Positions 12,457-25,195 of a DNA stretch of 64,000 nucleotides are shown piece by piece. Both the position numbers and the translations under genes were made by a program. Origin of the DNA: Selaginella moellendorffii (lineage: Eukaryota; Plantae; Lycopodiophyta); contig NW_003314278.1 of assembly GCF_000143415.4 (NCBI RefSeq), positions 450,371-514,370 on the forward strand. The letters are read 5' to 3'. Position 1 is the first letter of the stretch; each line of letters opens with the position of its first letter. Under the pieces are notes generated by a model that was not told the DNA's origin, did not search any database, and saw only the letters and a list, made by a program, of their open reading frames with translations.

Positions 12457-14431
12457 TTAGATGAATAATTCTCGTAAATATCTGATACACTCTGTTTTGG
12501 TCCCACTAGGATTTCGTAGCTGCCATATAAACATAGCTTCTTTCTGTAAAACAACCATTAGATAATATCTTGTGAATGGAAGGTTCGAAGTATTACCAGC
12601 TCACCCACTCTCGGACCACTCACAATGTGAAATTCGAGTTTGAGATCGTTCCCCGTGAGCAAAGGTTTTAAATTTAACAATCCTGAAAAAAGTATTGAAT
12701 ATTGAAAACGAAAAAAACTACTACTTCTTACCAGATAAGCTGATGCTTTTTAGAATAGCGTTAAACACGTCTTTCTGCTGGACGCTAGGAGCTGGCACGG
12801 AGAGAAATAAAGCAGCAGCTGACAAGCAGAAGTCCCTGTCTCTGAAGGCTAGGCCGGCCTCTACTCGAAAACTTTCGTTGAAAAAACAAGGTAATCCTCC
12901 AGAAAGTGTACATTTGTTCAACTCATACCAATCTTGCACGAAGGTATTTCCAATTGCTTTGTACAATGCTTTCACCTGCTACACAAGACAGTTCAAGAGA
13001 GGAAGGAAATGTATAGAACGTGTACCTTTTTAAGCATTCCCTTTAATCCTATTCTCTCGGCCATCGAGCCCAAAACTGTATCGTTTTCTTTCTTGAATGG
13101 ATAGAGAATCCCAGCAACAAGAACAAGACGCCTTTCACCTTCCTGCGTTGAGTAAGTTAAAGAGTCAAAACCAAAGTGTTCAGTGTAAGTACCTCAGCAA
13201 TGTTGACAGACTCTAGAGTCTCGCAAACGACTTGAAAGTCCTTCACACTAGCAAAGATTTAAATGAGTTCGAGAAACGAAAAGGAGGGACTGAACTGACT
13301 ACCTTTGCGCACTCACTGGCCTCGTAAAAATCAGAGGCCAATAACCAAGCTTGTGCAGCAGGCACATCGCCCGAGCAGGATTCTTTCCGAAGAGCATGGC
13401 TTGAATCTGAAAAACGAATGTAAGAGGCACACGAAAAATAAAAACCAAGAGATCGTATTCCACCTCCTGAGAAATGCGCTCCCTGGTGATCTTTGTTTTG
13501 AATGCAGCCTTCACAGAATCAGCAGATGCCACGCACTCCAGTTCCTCGTCCAGCTCAAAATTAAAGCGTGCCGCTGATCAGGAAAAAGAAAGGTAATTAG
13601 CTTCCAGATAGAATTCTAAGATGAAGACAAGTCGTCACAGACCAAACCGAATGGATCTCAGGACACGCAATGGATCATCTAGAAAAGTAACGAGCGGAGA
13701 CAACGGCGTCCTGATCTTTCCAAGCTTGAGGTCCGTTACACCTGGACAACAAAGTTGTGGAAAGAATCGAAAGATGAAATCTACACAAACCTCGACCAGT
13801 GAAGTCCTCAACCTTGTCAGCGGCAACGTTGTAGAAGAGGCTGTTGATCGTGAGATCTCTCCGGTAAGCGTCTTCGGAAGGTGTTCCAAATTTCTAGCAA
13901 GAAGGAAAAGAGCGTAACAACAAGAGGAAGTCGAGTGAAAATCAACAGGGCCATAGTACCATTGATGTTGGGATCCTGGAATCGTTGGAGTACGTCTCGG
14001 ATCGGAGATTAACAACATCAATCTCTCCACCCAGGATCTCCAGCTTGGTCGTTTCTAAATGCTTGGATCGTTCTGGATTGCTACAACATGTAAATTCCAG
14101 TTGTTAGAAAAATAACAAGCTCTAGACAACACAAACCTTTTGATAACTTTGTAAGAACACGAAGGATCGGTCTTCCTCAAGCACGGGACCACACGATCAC
14201 AGAACTGCTGCCCAGTCATATCATCCAGCGCAATATCCAAATCGTGGCTCTCGACGCCAAGGAGCTGCGCAAATTGAATTGAGCTAGAACGATTGATCGA
14301 AAACACCAGACCTTATCGCGCACCCATCCGCCCGCCACTCTCACGTCGGTCTTCAAGTCGCATTCACGGATCGCCAGACGGAGAGCGTCGAGAATCTTCG
14401 CTTCCTCGCGCGTGAGCACGATGGTCGTCAT
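12457..14431 (-). CDS. Class II tRNA nucleotidyltransferase (CCA-adding enzyme/poly(A) polymerase family), multi-exon
   Basis: Spliced motifs [81 protein letters not shown]; ends ...YLRELFI*. Confidence 0.88.
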
Positions 14432-14569
14432 GAGCTCTAGAACCCTAAAGGAAGATCCTTTGAGAATTAAAACTCCCGCCAAAACTCTAGTGGAAGCTAG
14501 GGTTTATTGGAGAAACTGTTCTCGTCACGCGGAGCATTGTCTACGTCAGATGCGTCATATGCAGGGCGA

Positions 14570-16200
14570 TTTGATGCGTGACCCATCGCTGCGCGCGTTC
14601 AGATATTTGCGCGGAAGATCAAAGCGTTCTCCATTTTCCATCAGATTCTTGCCGACGATCTCACTCGGCAACAGCATGAGCTCTGTCCTGCCTCATTCGA
14701 AAACTTGCTCAAGCTTATCGGAAATGGTGAGCTATGTTTTTTTCTTTGGCGAAGTTTCTATGATGGATGGATTGTATGAACAGATGTTACGAATGACGCT
14801 ATTGCCGAAGTTCCTCTTGCACGCTTGCTCTGTGGTTTCATCACGGCCTTACATCAGTGGTTTCGACGTGCTCGCTGACTTTTGCGAGAGGCTTTCAGCG
14901 TGCGGTTTTTGCAGCAAGGTACTTATCAAAGGGCTTTGTTTTCATTACAGAAATCTCGGATTTTGCAGCCGCTTTGGAAAGCATACAACCTCGCTCTCAT
15001 GGTAATCTAGATCTGGTATGAGCCGTTTTGACACCCTTGTTGCATGCGGAAAAGCTGGCGAAGTTACAGAGGCTGAACAACCAGATGCAGCTCAGTGAAA
15101 CAGGTGATAGATCTTGTTGCATATTTCGGGACTGACTATTGCTCAGTAACGGCGAAAGCAACAACCTTTCCAGGCATGCCAACCGAGTGTCAATGTGGTT
15201 TGGCCTTGCAAGGTAACAAAACGGTGCTTCCTTTTGTAAACTAGGTGTTCTTTTTCTGGCAGTGGACGTGGATTCCCATAGGCTGGACAAGTCGATGAGA
15301 TGCTTAGATGTTTTGGTCCTGGCCAAGCACTTAATCGATATTTACTTACTCTCAAGCTCTCTTGGTGCTTGGGATACCTCGAGAGGGGTCTCCATCTCAT
15401 GCAAGAGGCTTTTCAACGATGTGAGATCCAGAGCTTAGCCACTGTGAGCAACGGACTTCCGTGAGTTGAGGATTTTACGTTTTATAACATTCTAATATGC
15501 TTTTCTTTCTTGTAGAGCATTCTGGAGGTTCTGGAGCTGGAAGGGACGAGCGTCCGTGTGAGTTGGGCATCTCGATAGAGAGTTTAATTCCGAAGGTAAG
15601 GTATCTGCAGGGAGCGTGAGTGACAAATATTTACAACCTCGTCAATAGGTGCTGAAAACACTCTCGTTCAGCGACGTGATAAGTCTCTTCCGATGGCTTC
15701 TTCCCCTCAAAGGAAACGTCTGGGGAGGTATGTAAAGAAGTCTTACGAGTCTTCTTCGTGTTTACGAGTGTCCCTTGCTCGCAGCTTCGCCTTCTCCTGA
15801 TGCTGCTCCGGACGCTTATCCGAGACAAATGGCCCAGCGCGAGCGGTGACTGGAGCTCCGCTCTCTTTTGGAATGGCTTTTAACGTCTCGAGCAATACAC
15901 TTCTATCCAACTGACGGTGACAAAGCGACCAAGGTCATATGCGCATCAAAAGCTTCCGCGACCAGACGATTGTTGTTTCACTGACTTCGTTGTCCGGGTA
16001 GAAATCGCCGTGAATGTGTACCTCGGGGTGGTTTGGATGGAAGGCAAGGGCAAGACTAATTACACAGGTCTGCTTGCGCGTCCTGACAGGGAAGTGGAGG
16101 CTTAAGCCTCTTCGTGAGCAGGGCAAAACCGTTCGTCTCAGCGAGCCACTGTGGAAGCATGAGGTTGATATGGCGCGTTCCATTATCGAGTAAGCTCTTC
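14570..16200 (+). pseudogene. Hypothetical multi-exon gene, disrupted (copy 2)
   Basis: Paralogue of 3060-4696. Confidence 0.3.
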
Positions 16201-16339
16201 GTGTCAATCAGGAACCGGAGGAATGGCATGCTTCTGCCTTGAGAGAAACTCTCTTAGGTTTTGAATACAATGGAATATACGAGAATAGTTTAAATGAGAA
16301 TATACCTCCTGCACGACTACTATTTAGGTTTATACTCAG

Positions 16340-16930
16340 GCAAGCATGGAAGAACCTCCAAAGGTTGTATTGACAGAGATTGAGGAGTTTTGTTCGGGTC
16401 TACAGCCGAATCACGAAGGTAAGTATGTGATTTGATTCCAATTTTCACTGTTCTTATATTTGATATCTACCAGCTACTACTAGAGATGAAGAAGCCTACA
16501 GCAGGATGGATTTCAAATCTTTGCTGCCAACAAAAGAGGATCACGTAGGGAAAGGACTGGCTGGCGCTCTTCAATGTTTTCGAGAGAATGGGAGCTTGAA
16601 GGAATCTAGAGGCGAATGGATTGGAAGAAGCAGGGACAAAAGAACTCCAGAAAATGGTAAATTCGAATTCAACTTGGACCACCGCGATGAGCATGGCCGA
16701 ACTGTAAGTTTTTGTTCTATTTACTTTCTGAATTTACTTTATGTTTGATGCAGCTGACCCCCAAGGAAGCCTTCCGGCAGTTCTCGCATAAGTTCCACCA
16801 TGTAAAACCGGGGAAAAGGAAGCAAGAGAAGAAGCTAAAGAAGAGGAAGAAAGAAGAACACCCTCTGGAGTTTATGGAGAGATTGAGAGGCATTCAAATC
16901 AAGTCAAGAACAGCTTACATTAGAACTTGA
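16340..16930 (+). CDS. SART-1/Snu66-like C-terminal fragment, copy 2
   Basis: As copy 1, with a 21-nt in-frame deletion in the Lys-rich coil. Confidence 0.72.
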
Positions 16931-17665
16931 CAAGAAATTAACTTGTCAACTAAATGATTTTTAATAGCGTTGTATGAAAGCCCTTGGTGCAATTCTACTT
17001 GCACCAAGGGCTTTCATACACGCGGGAGCACTCATTGCAATGATGTACGGTAAAGGTGGTATTTGATTCCACCGCGATCCTTCTTCGCAAGCTTGTGATG
17101 ACTTGAACGGGCATTTGGAGGAGGCCAAAAGACACGCTCCAAGGTCATCTGGAAGATGCAAAACGCATCTTTGACTGTACATCTAGTTTCAGGGACACAA
17201 GCATGGCATATGGAAGAGACATAAGGCGAAATAAACATCTGAGGAGATCTCTTGGAACAGCATTTTATTTCAAGCACTTGCCGGAAACTCCGGAAGAGAC
17301 TTTGAAAAAAGGCTTAGGGGCGGTTCAAAGAAGAATTCGTCGAGATAGCCCAACTCGGTGGCCCATCTTTTTCCTGTGGGGCGAGATCTTTCAATGGCTT
17401 TGACGGACCATGTCGATGTCCACCTTTTTCAAGGGCCTCTGCTATTGACGATGTTAGCCTACAATTGCAGACCTGAAATTAGACACGAGAGGATTGACCA
17501 TCCAATCTATGGAAACAGACGTGTGGAGGCAAAGGTATTAGCTTGCAATATAAAACTCTATAGGCTCCTGGGGATATTAAATTTTTCTTCAACGCTTCCC
17601 TGGATCCACAAACTTCAGCAGTGCTGGAAAAGCTTATATTCTAGCAAGAAGGCAAAGTTTTTGCA

Positions 17666-20600
17666 ATGTCAAAGGTTTTGCTCAGCAGCTTTCAACGCAC
17701 TGGCGGTGGAAGCCTCCAGTTATTTGGAGGCACTAATCTCAAGAGCAACGCACAGCCGAATCGGTTTCGGAAAGGTAAGTTCATCAAACTAGCTTCGCAC
17801 TAAAACTGGCCTGCTATATTACTTATGCAGTTAGCTCCTGTGCTTCAAAGCCAGCTGAGGCTCTAGTAAGTCGAAGCACCATCGTTACAAGATTGATTGG
17901 AGCTGATTTCTTCCTACTTGTTGACAGGAGAAGCGGGAAAAGGAGAAGCAGCAGCCATATCAAGGCATTCTCCACGTCCAGGCTGGCGATCGAATCGAGG
18001 AGCTTGATCACAGAGAAACGTCTCTGCTCGTCAAGGAAGTGAAGGGATGGCTGATGAAACTCGCGAGTGGCAAGGGGAAAATCAGTCCTTCGACTTACGA
18101 CACCGCCTGGGTCGCCCGAATCCCGTCCGACTCCGACTCCTCTCTTCCCGAGTTCCCGGAGGCCCTGGAGTGGATCATCAACAGTCAACTTCCGGATGGA
18201 TCATGGGATGATGATTGTCACTTGCAACTCTATGACAGAGTGTTATCCACGCTCTCTTGCCTGATCACGCTCAAGCTCTGGGACATCGGGCACAACAGCA
18301 TTGCGCAAGGCATGGCTCTTTTCTGATCTTCTGGTCATATCCTGGACTGTTTTCGCCTCTGATTCTTCGCAGGCACGAAGTTTTTGCGTGAGAACATGAT
18401 CAAGCTCAACCATGACGATGGAGATTTCTTGTCAGGTTTCGAGGTGACGTTTCCAATGATGCTCCACGAAGCAAAGCGGGTGGGCCTTAAGCTTCCGTAT
18501 GACACAGAGTTCACGAGGTTGCTTGAGATCTCCACCACGGAGAAATTGGCGAAGTGTAATATTTGGTTTGAAAACGTTTGGTGTTCGTCCAGGATTCCTT
18601 TGGATAGACTCCATTCCACTCCCGCCACGTTGCTATACTCCTTGGAGGGCCTTCAAGGTCTTGAGATTGACTGGCAAAAGATCCTCAAGCTTCAGTCCAA
18701 AGATGGATCCCTTTTTAGCTCGCCCTCGTCAACCGCATGTGTTTACTTGAAGACCAAGGACAAAAAATCGTTGCAATACTTGCAAAAAGCTATGAAACAT
18801 CAAAACTATGCTGGTAAACCGGCTGTCTTCTTCAATCCTTTGTAGTAATTGACTATGCTGTGCAGTTTCTTGTCATTACCCTATTGATCTCTTCGAAAGT
18901 TCACGGGTGGTCGACACCATTGAGCGCTTGGGCATTGATCTCTTCTTCAGAGATGAGATCAAAGCCGTCCTTGACAACCTGTACAGGTGCAATGCCGCTA
19001 TACTTTTAGTACTTACTTTGGGTTTGCACCAGCTTCTGGACAAACGAAGGAATTGGATGGGGATCTACGTGCATAGTCAATGACATCGAGGACACAGCAA
19101 TGGCCTTCCGTATCCTTCGGATGCATGGGTATAGTGTATCTCCAGGTACAAAAACGTTTTGTGATGGAAGAATCTAAATCTCGGAACTACGCACAGATGC
19201 ATTCAACCAGTTCTGGCTGCCAGGAGACAAGTTTTGTTGCTTTGTTGGTGAATTGTCCCATGAGGTCTCTGCAATGCTCAACTTGTATCGGGCTTCCCAG
19301 GTTGATTTTCCGAATGAGGAGACTCTTACAAAGACTTTCAAGTACTCCCACGATTATTTACTTAATGTTGAAAGCTCTCACACATCGGCAACCAAGAAAA
19401 ACCTCATGGGAGAGGTAATGAGATCTAGATAGCTTGAAAATCCAGATGTATCTATTATCTCTACAGGTCACATTGGAGCTAGCAAATCCATTTCATGACT
19501 GCTTGCCGAGGATTTACAATAATGCATATATCAAACACTATAGCATTGATGATCCTTGGGTTGCTAAGACTATTTATCGGTAAGTGACATTCATATTAAC
19601 CTTTATAACTTCCCTCTCTTACATCTCTTTTGTTAAAAGATTGCCTCTTGTGAATAAGAAAGTGCTTCTAGAACTTGCAAATCAGTATGCTCAACAATGT
19701 CAATCCTATCAACCTTCTGAGCTGAAAATATTGGTGAAGTAAGTGAAAAAATAGTATTATTAAACAAAAAGTAATTCATTGGTGTGTTTTTATTTAGATG
19801 GTGGCATTCATCGCACTTTGAAGATATCCCTTCTACAAGATTTAAAGCTAATATTAATATGCTCCCCTATATTTACTATGTTATTTGCTCAACTTTCCAT
19901 GAGCAAGAATTTGGCCCATTGAGAATTTTTTTCACAAAAACTTGCTGCATGAATACTTTATTTGATGATCTTTTGGATAGTGCAAAAAACATTACAGAGC
20001 TTGATCATCTCCAAAATATGATTGAAAGGTTATATGCATCAATTTTTAAAAGTTAAAATAACAGTTTCTTCTTTGTTTCCATCCAGCTGGGATACATCTT
20101 TTTTATCACAAAAAGAATATAAGATTATCTTTCAAGAATTTTATAATACCATTCTTGTTATGACTGAAATGGCCTCTAAAATAAATCAAAATCTATCTCC
20201 AAAATTCATCCACAAATACCTTTTAGCAATTGTAAGTACTTTCCATTTATTTTTTCAATGGCTTAATATGGTTGTTTACATTAATCTTTACAGGGCACTG
20301 AACTTATAAAATCTGGGATTATTGATGCTCGCTGGAAAATTCAAGGATATATTCCAGGTTTTGAGGAGTATATGGAAAATGCTGAAGTTAGCATTGGCAT
20401 TGCAACTCACTTACTTATGGGCATATTATTTTGTGGTGACTATTTAACAGAAGAGTTATTAAACATCATTTATGATAGCAAGCTTCTTAAACTTGGGAGT
20501 ATCATCTCTAGGATTTGCAATGACATCCAAACATATAAGGTTCCTTCTCTTCCTATTTGACTTTTATTATTTTTAATCTCTTTCTTTATTTTTAGATTGA

Positions 20601-20886
20601 GATGAAACTGGGGCAATCAGCACATGGAGTTTCTTGTTATATGAAAGACCACCCGGGTGCAACTGAAGAAGATGCATTAGCATACTTACAAAGTTTGCTC
20701 GAGAAAACCAAAAAGCAACTCAACAAAATCTATTTCACTGAGAAAGATTTACCCAAAAATATCAAAAGGTTTAATTTTGATATAGCACGGATGATGATGT
20801 TCACCTACAACAAAGCAAAGCAGGATCTCTTTAGAAACCCAAATAAAGAGCTTCAAAGCATGATTGAATTTTGTTTGGAAACTTAA
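17666..20886 (+). CDS. Plastid gamma-beta-alpha diterpene synthase, miltiradiene-synthase-like (copy 2)
   Basis: [16 protein letters not shown]..., [22 protein letters not shown]; same exon structure as copy 1. Confidence 0.93.
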
Positions 20887-21452
20887 TGTAACATATATAT
20901 AATGTTTTTATAATATATTCCCATTCTATTAGATCATCTCAGGTTTCCTTCCTCAAACAAAAACCAAACCTTAACTAATGGTTAAGAAAACATTTAAAGG
21001 AAAAACAAAAGGGTGAAGGTCTGTTAGCCCTTTATGTTTGCCTCGACCTTGCCGAACATCTAGTTTGGAGATCCTTCATCATCCACATCAGGATTCGTTC
21101 ACCAGCTCAAGGATAATAGAAGCAACGAGTAGTGAAACGTTTCAGATCTACAATTCTATCCTTCTACCGAAGATCTTCCTCCAAAACTGATGCAAAACTG
21201 AGAACTCAGGAAGCTACAAGAGAATACCTTCTGCATTGAAGGCTCGAATAAATACGCCATTACGACAAGTCCTACGGCATCGGCTAGTAAAATCCTGGAT
21301 TTGCCGCAAGAAACCGCAAATCTGTCATCTGATAATAATGCGTTCAAATATTTAATTATTATTAAGAGTACCAGTATATACTAGAAACTGGGAATAAAGT
21401 GGTATATTCTCTAGTTTTCAAATCACTATCTAGAGCTCGCTTTTTCGTAGCT

Positions 21453-23339
21453 ATGGCGGAGGAAGAGGAGGACCACGCATTCCTCGCTTCCACAGCACCG
21501 CGCATTTTGAGAGCGTTTGATGTCCAGCAGCGCGGAGGGGACGAGGATCGACCGCTTCCGCGCCCGCTACCGAGGCCTCGTCTCCTCTGGGTGTCGCTGC
21601 TCGTTCTCCTGGCCGCGATCTCGGCTGGAGGAATCGCGCTTCTCTTCCGTGCACCCGGCATTGGATTCCACACCGCTGGATCGGCCCGGGATGGAGCAGC
21701 AATGGCGCTGGGGTTTCACTTCCAGGCGCCCCCAAACAGCAGCATCTGGATGATCAGTCCAAACGCCCCGGTGTTCTACCGCGGATTCTACCATCTCTTC
21801 TACCGATTCACCACTCCATCGTCGTCCAGTAGCAAGAACCAGAGCTCCTGGGGCCACGCCATCGCCAAGGACCTCCTCCACTGGACGCATCTCCCCACGG
21901 CGCTGGATCCCGGGCCAGAGAGGTACGACGAGCAAGGAATTCTTGGCGGATCCATGACGCTTCTCGTCCAGGGCCCCGTGATCCTCTACACTGGAATCTC
22001 CAGCGATGGCGCCACCACACAGAATGCCGCTGTCCCGGTCGATCCAGGCGACGCCATGCTCAAGCACTGGAAGAAGATCGCCCAAAACCCTCTCATTCCA
22101 GCAGGAGGAAGGGTGGCGATGAGAGATCCAAGCAGCGCGTGGAGGGATTCTTCTTGGCGGATCCTTCTTGGCGGCGAGAATGCCAGCGATGGCGTTGGAT
22201 TCGTCTACTGGAGCAACGATTTCCTGGACGGGGAGTGGAAGAGGCTGGAGACACCACTGCTGCGAATGCCAGGAGCTGGGATTTTGGAATCTCCAGATTT
22301 CTTCCAGGTTTCTGAGAGCAAGCACGTCGTCAAGGCGAGCTTGCGCGATGACCCAGCCGCCACCTTTGGATCCGACAGCTATGCCGTGGGGAGATACTTC
22401 TCAGAGAATGGGAGCTTTGTTCCAGACGACGACCCTGGAGCTGGAAGAACTCTTGGGCTCCGCTACGATCACGGCAACAGCTTCTTCGCCTCCAAATCTT
22501 TCGCGGACACTGCCAAGGATCGTCGAGTGCTCTGGGCGTTGCTCCCGAAAGATCCTCTCAGCAAGGTGGCTCGAGCTCCTCCCGTCCAAAGCATTCCTCG
22601 AAAGTTGTGGCTCGGTAGTGACGAAGATGAGGAGGAGCTGCTACTCCAGCTTCCAGTGGACGAACTCGCGAGCTTGCGAATCGGTCCCGGGATCCATATG
22701 GCCGATGTCACGCTGGAGCCGGGTGCCGTGATCCAAGTTGGAGGAGACGCTCTTCCGCAACTGGACGCGGAGCTCGTCTTCGAGCTTCCAGATCTCACCA
22801 CCCAGATGAGCATGGAGAACTTCGACGTCGAGTTTAGCAGCACTGGCAACGCGGCCGCGCACTGCCGGAAGAAAGGAGCTCGAGTGAATGGTATCCTGGG
22901 ACCGTTTGGATTGCTGGTGCTGGCCACTGGAGATCTCGCCGAGCACACCGCCATCTTCTTCCACCTCGGGAGATCCAGAAAGGGCCCTGTTGCTCTAGTC
23001 TGTGCCGATCACAGCCGATCATCACTGGCAAACCATCCCGAGGAAGATCTGTCCGCTGCTGCTTTGCATGGAGCCTTCGTCCACCTGGATGATCCAACCG
23101 TGTTTCGCAAGGTGGCGAAGGCGGAGGTGGAGGTGCTGGAGCTGCGAGTTCTGGTGGACAACTCGGTGGTGGAGACGTTTGGGCAGGGCGGGAAGATCAG
23201 CATCACTTCCAGAGTGCATCCAACGCTGGCAAAGGGTGACGCTGCTCGGCTCTTTCTCTTTAACAACGGCACCAACGCTGTCCGGTTGAAAAGGCTGGAC
23301 GCTTGGAAGATGAAAGCCGCGGAAGCAACGCTCTTGTAA
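21453..23339 (+). CDS. Intronless GH32 (vacuolar invertase-like) protein with N-terminal TM anchor; probably catalytically altered
   Basis: FHFQ..WMISPNAP, YHLFY, WGHA, RDP, LESPDF, LRYDHG, GPFGLLVLA, LVDNSVVETF, LFLFNNG. Confidence 0.92.
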   Translation: MAEEEEDHAFLASTAPRILRAFDVQQRGGDEDRPLPRPLPRPRLLWVSLLVLLAAISAGGIALLFRAPGIGFHTAGSARDGAAMALGFHFQAPPNSSIWMISPNAPVFYRGFYHLFYRFTTPSSSSSKNQSSWGHAIAKDLLHWTHLPTALDPGPERYDEQGILGGSMTLLVQGPVILYTGISSDGATTQNAAVPVDPGDAMLKHWKKIAQNPLIPAGGRVAMRDPSSAWRDSSWRILLGGENASDGVGFVYWSNDFLDGEWKRLETPLLRMPGAGILESPDFFQVSESKHVVKASLRDDPAATFGSDSYAVGRYFSENGSFVPDDDPGAGRTLGLRYDHGNSFFASKSFADTAKDRRVLWALLPKDPLSKVARAPPVQSIPRKLWLGSDEDEEELLLQLPVDELASLRIGPGIHMADVTLEPGAVIQVGGDALPQLDAELVFELPDLTTQMSMENFDVEFSSTGNAAAHCRKKGARVNGILGPFGLLVLATGDLAEHTAIFFHLGRSRKGPVALVCADHSRSSLANHPEEDLSAAALHGAFVHLDDPTVFRKVAKAEVEVLELRVLVDNSVVETFGQGGKISITSRVHPTLAKGDAARLFLFNNGTNAVRLKRLDAWKMKAAEATLL

Positions 23340-23407
23340 CATTATTCTTGACACTGGTCGCACTAGAAACTTCAGAGAACCTCCTCGTGTCCAGGTGAGA
23401 CAAGTTG

Positions 23408-23610
23408 GTTCTTCCATTCTGTAGCATAAACATCAAACGCAATCCTTGCAGGGAAGTGTTGTAGCTCACGTACCTGAGTTTACCATGATATCTTTTCAGG
23501 TGAAGGAACGAACTTCTTCCATTCTGTAACAGAAACATCACCGCAATCCTTGCAGGAAAGAAGTGTAGCTCACGTACCTGAGAGTATGAAGTTTACCATG
23601 GTATCTTCTG
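23408..23610. repeat. Two-copy ~105-bp tandem repeat between the convergent invertase and PPR 3' ends
   Basis: TTCTTCCATTCTGTA..AAACATCA..CGCAATCCTTGCAGG..TGTAGCTCACGTACCTGAG..TTTACCATG occurs at ~23409 and ~23514. Confidence 0.8.
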
Positions 23611-25194
23611 CTTGCAGTTCGCCGAGTAGAGCCTTCTCCTCTGCTCTTTGACAACCGCGGACGGGGAAGAATCGAGCATCTCAAACAGCTCCTCTGTCGT
23701 CTCGTCGCCTTCGACGTCGCTCCCTTTCATCCTGTTGCGGAAGTCGAGCGGGAACACGTTGCAAGCCACGTACACCTTGAGCAGCTCGTTGTAGACGGTG
23801 GCGTCGCCGATGAAACGGTAGTGGAACATGATCCTCTCGGCGCCATCGATGTCCCTCCGAGCAGCAAACACGGGCAGCAGCGCCATCATCGTCTTGTAAG
23901 CCGGACGGATGTGTCTCGCGGGGATCGCCGCGACGCCTTCTTTGAGCCTCGCCAGCGCCAACTCGGTGTCGCCGCTCGCAATGTAACCTCTCACCAGGCT
24001 GTTGTATGGAGAAAACACCGCCTCGTTCAACCTGTGCCTCAGGACGTGCTCCGCTTTGGCCATGAGCCCGTTGCTCACGTAAACTTCGACCATGACAGCG
24101 TGTGGATTCGCTAGACTTTTGCTCAAATCCTGCGCGAGCAGCTCCTCGAAGACCTGCTCGGCTCTTTCTACGTTCTTGACACGCCCGAAGGCTGCCATGG
24201 CGCTGAGGTAGCTCGACTGATCGCAAGCCTGTGTGCCGCTCAAGCTCTTCAGCCTGCTCCAGATATCTTCCACACTGGCTGCTTTCCCGAGATAGCCGCA
24301 AACTTCCATTGTCTCCTGCAGAGTTTTTCTCAGCGCTGCATCGAGATCGATATTTTTGACAGCTTCCTCTGCTTCTCTCTCGATTCCTTCCAGGCCACCA
24401 CCGGCCTTGTCCTTGTAAGTGAGCAGCATCAAGTAAGTGTTGATACTCGGCTCCAGCCCGAGCTTGCACATTCTTTCGTACGTTTCCAGAACCTTGTCGT
24501 GCTTGTCCCGGTCCAAATACAACGCCATGAGCATGTTAAGGAGATCTGTAGACAGCACAGTCATCTGTTCGATCCATTTCTCGGACTTGGCGAGCGCGTT
24601 TCTCTTTGCGAGGCTGAAGATTAGCGCTGCTGTTACTTCCTCAGATCTGAAACGGGCTGGAATAATATCGTTGTAAAAGATTTCTGCTGCGTACGTAGAT
24701 TGCTGCCGACAAGTTATAGCCATCTCCCAAATGTAGTGTGTTTGTGTAGTCTGGACCATGTTTTCCTCCCTGATACCCCTCAGCAGCTGTGCAAGAAGCA
24801 GTCAGCACACCAGGCGACAAAAAAAAAAAGATGAGTTTTTTACCTGTAGAATCTCTTTGTAGCACTTCCTCTTCGCCAATCGATAGTAGACTTTGGACAA
24901 CAAGGAGCTTGAGAAGGTGTTACCCTCACGAACCCACTCTTTGAGGCCTTGAAAGATATCAGGCTTGGACAGCAGCATCTCGCAGAAGTCCGAGACGTCC
25001 TCGCTCTTGTAAGAATCAATGCTCTTACCCGCTTCTCCGACATACATCATCTGTGAGAATCTCGTCTCCGTTCCAACCGGCCACACCGGGAGCACCTGAG
25101 CATGCCTAGAGACGCTGCTGCTGCCGCTGCTCTCGCTGGAAAATGCGCGCACCCACTGGCGCCTTTGCCGCAGGAGTGACAACCAGCGAGACAT
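23593..25194 (-). CDS. P-type PPR protein, likely mitochondrial; 1 intron (24787-24843)
   Basis: Arg-rich presequence MSRWLSLLRQRRQWVRAFSS and degenerate 35-aa repeats (YLSAMAAFGRVKNVERAEQVFEEL, YNSLVRGYIASGD). Confidence 0.88.
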
Positions 25195-25195
25195 T

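Larger units (their letters stand above)
11283..22310. repeat. Tandem segmental duplication, copy 2 (~11.0 kb)
   Basis: Near-identical ORF pairs (e.g. 6692/18039, 7037/18384, 1743/13299). The junction at 11282/11283 is chimeric. Confidence 0.95.

Noticed and set aside
12457-14431. Split CC- or A-adding specialisation of the nucleotidyltransferase
   Set aside because: The RSE basic/acidic motif, the YxxxSRIP loop and EDxxRRD are all present in copy 2; copy 1 is simply frameshifted.
17358-17792. 144-aa ORF upstream of the TPS (5952-6164 in copy 1)
   Set aside because: Its 3' part overlaps TPS exon 1 in another frame; the 5' part is not conserved between copies.
1-22310. Tandem duplication as a haplotype mis-assembly
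   Set aside because: The gap-free chimeric junction, copy-specific TE insertions and many indels favour a real duplication; long reads would settle it.
6038-23339. Terpenoid biosynthetic gene cluster
   Set aside because: No P450, CPS or other tailoring enzyme in the window; neighbours are unrelated passengers of the duplication.
21451-23417. Many antisense and alternate-frame ORFs over the invertase (likewise over the PPR and gag-pol genes)
   Set aside because: Shadow ORFs of GC-rich coding sequence with no motifs.
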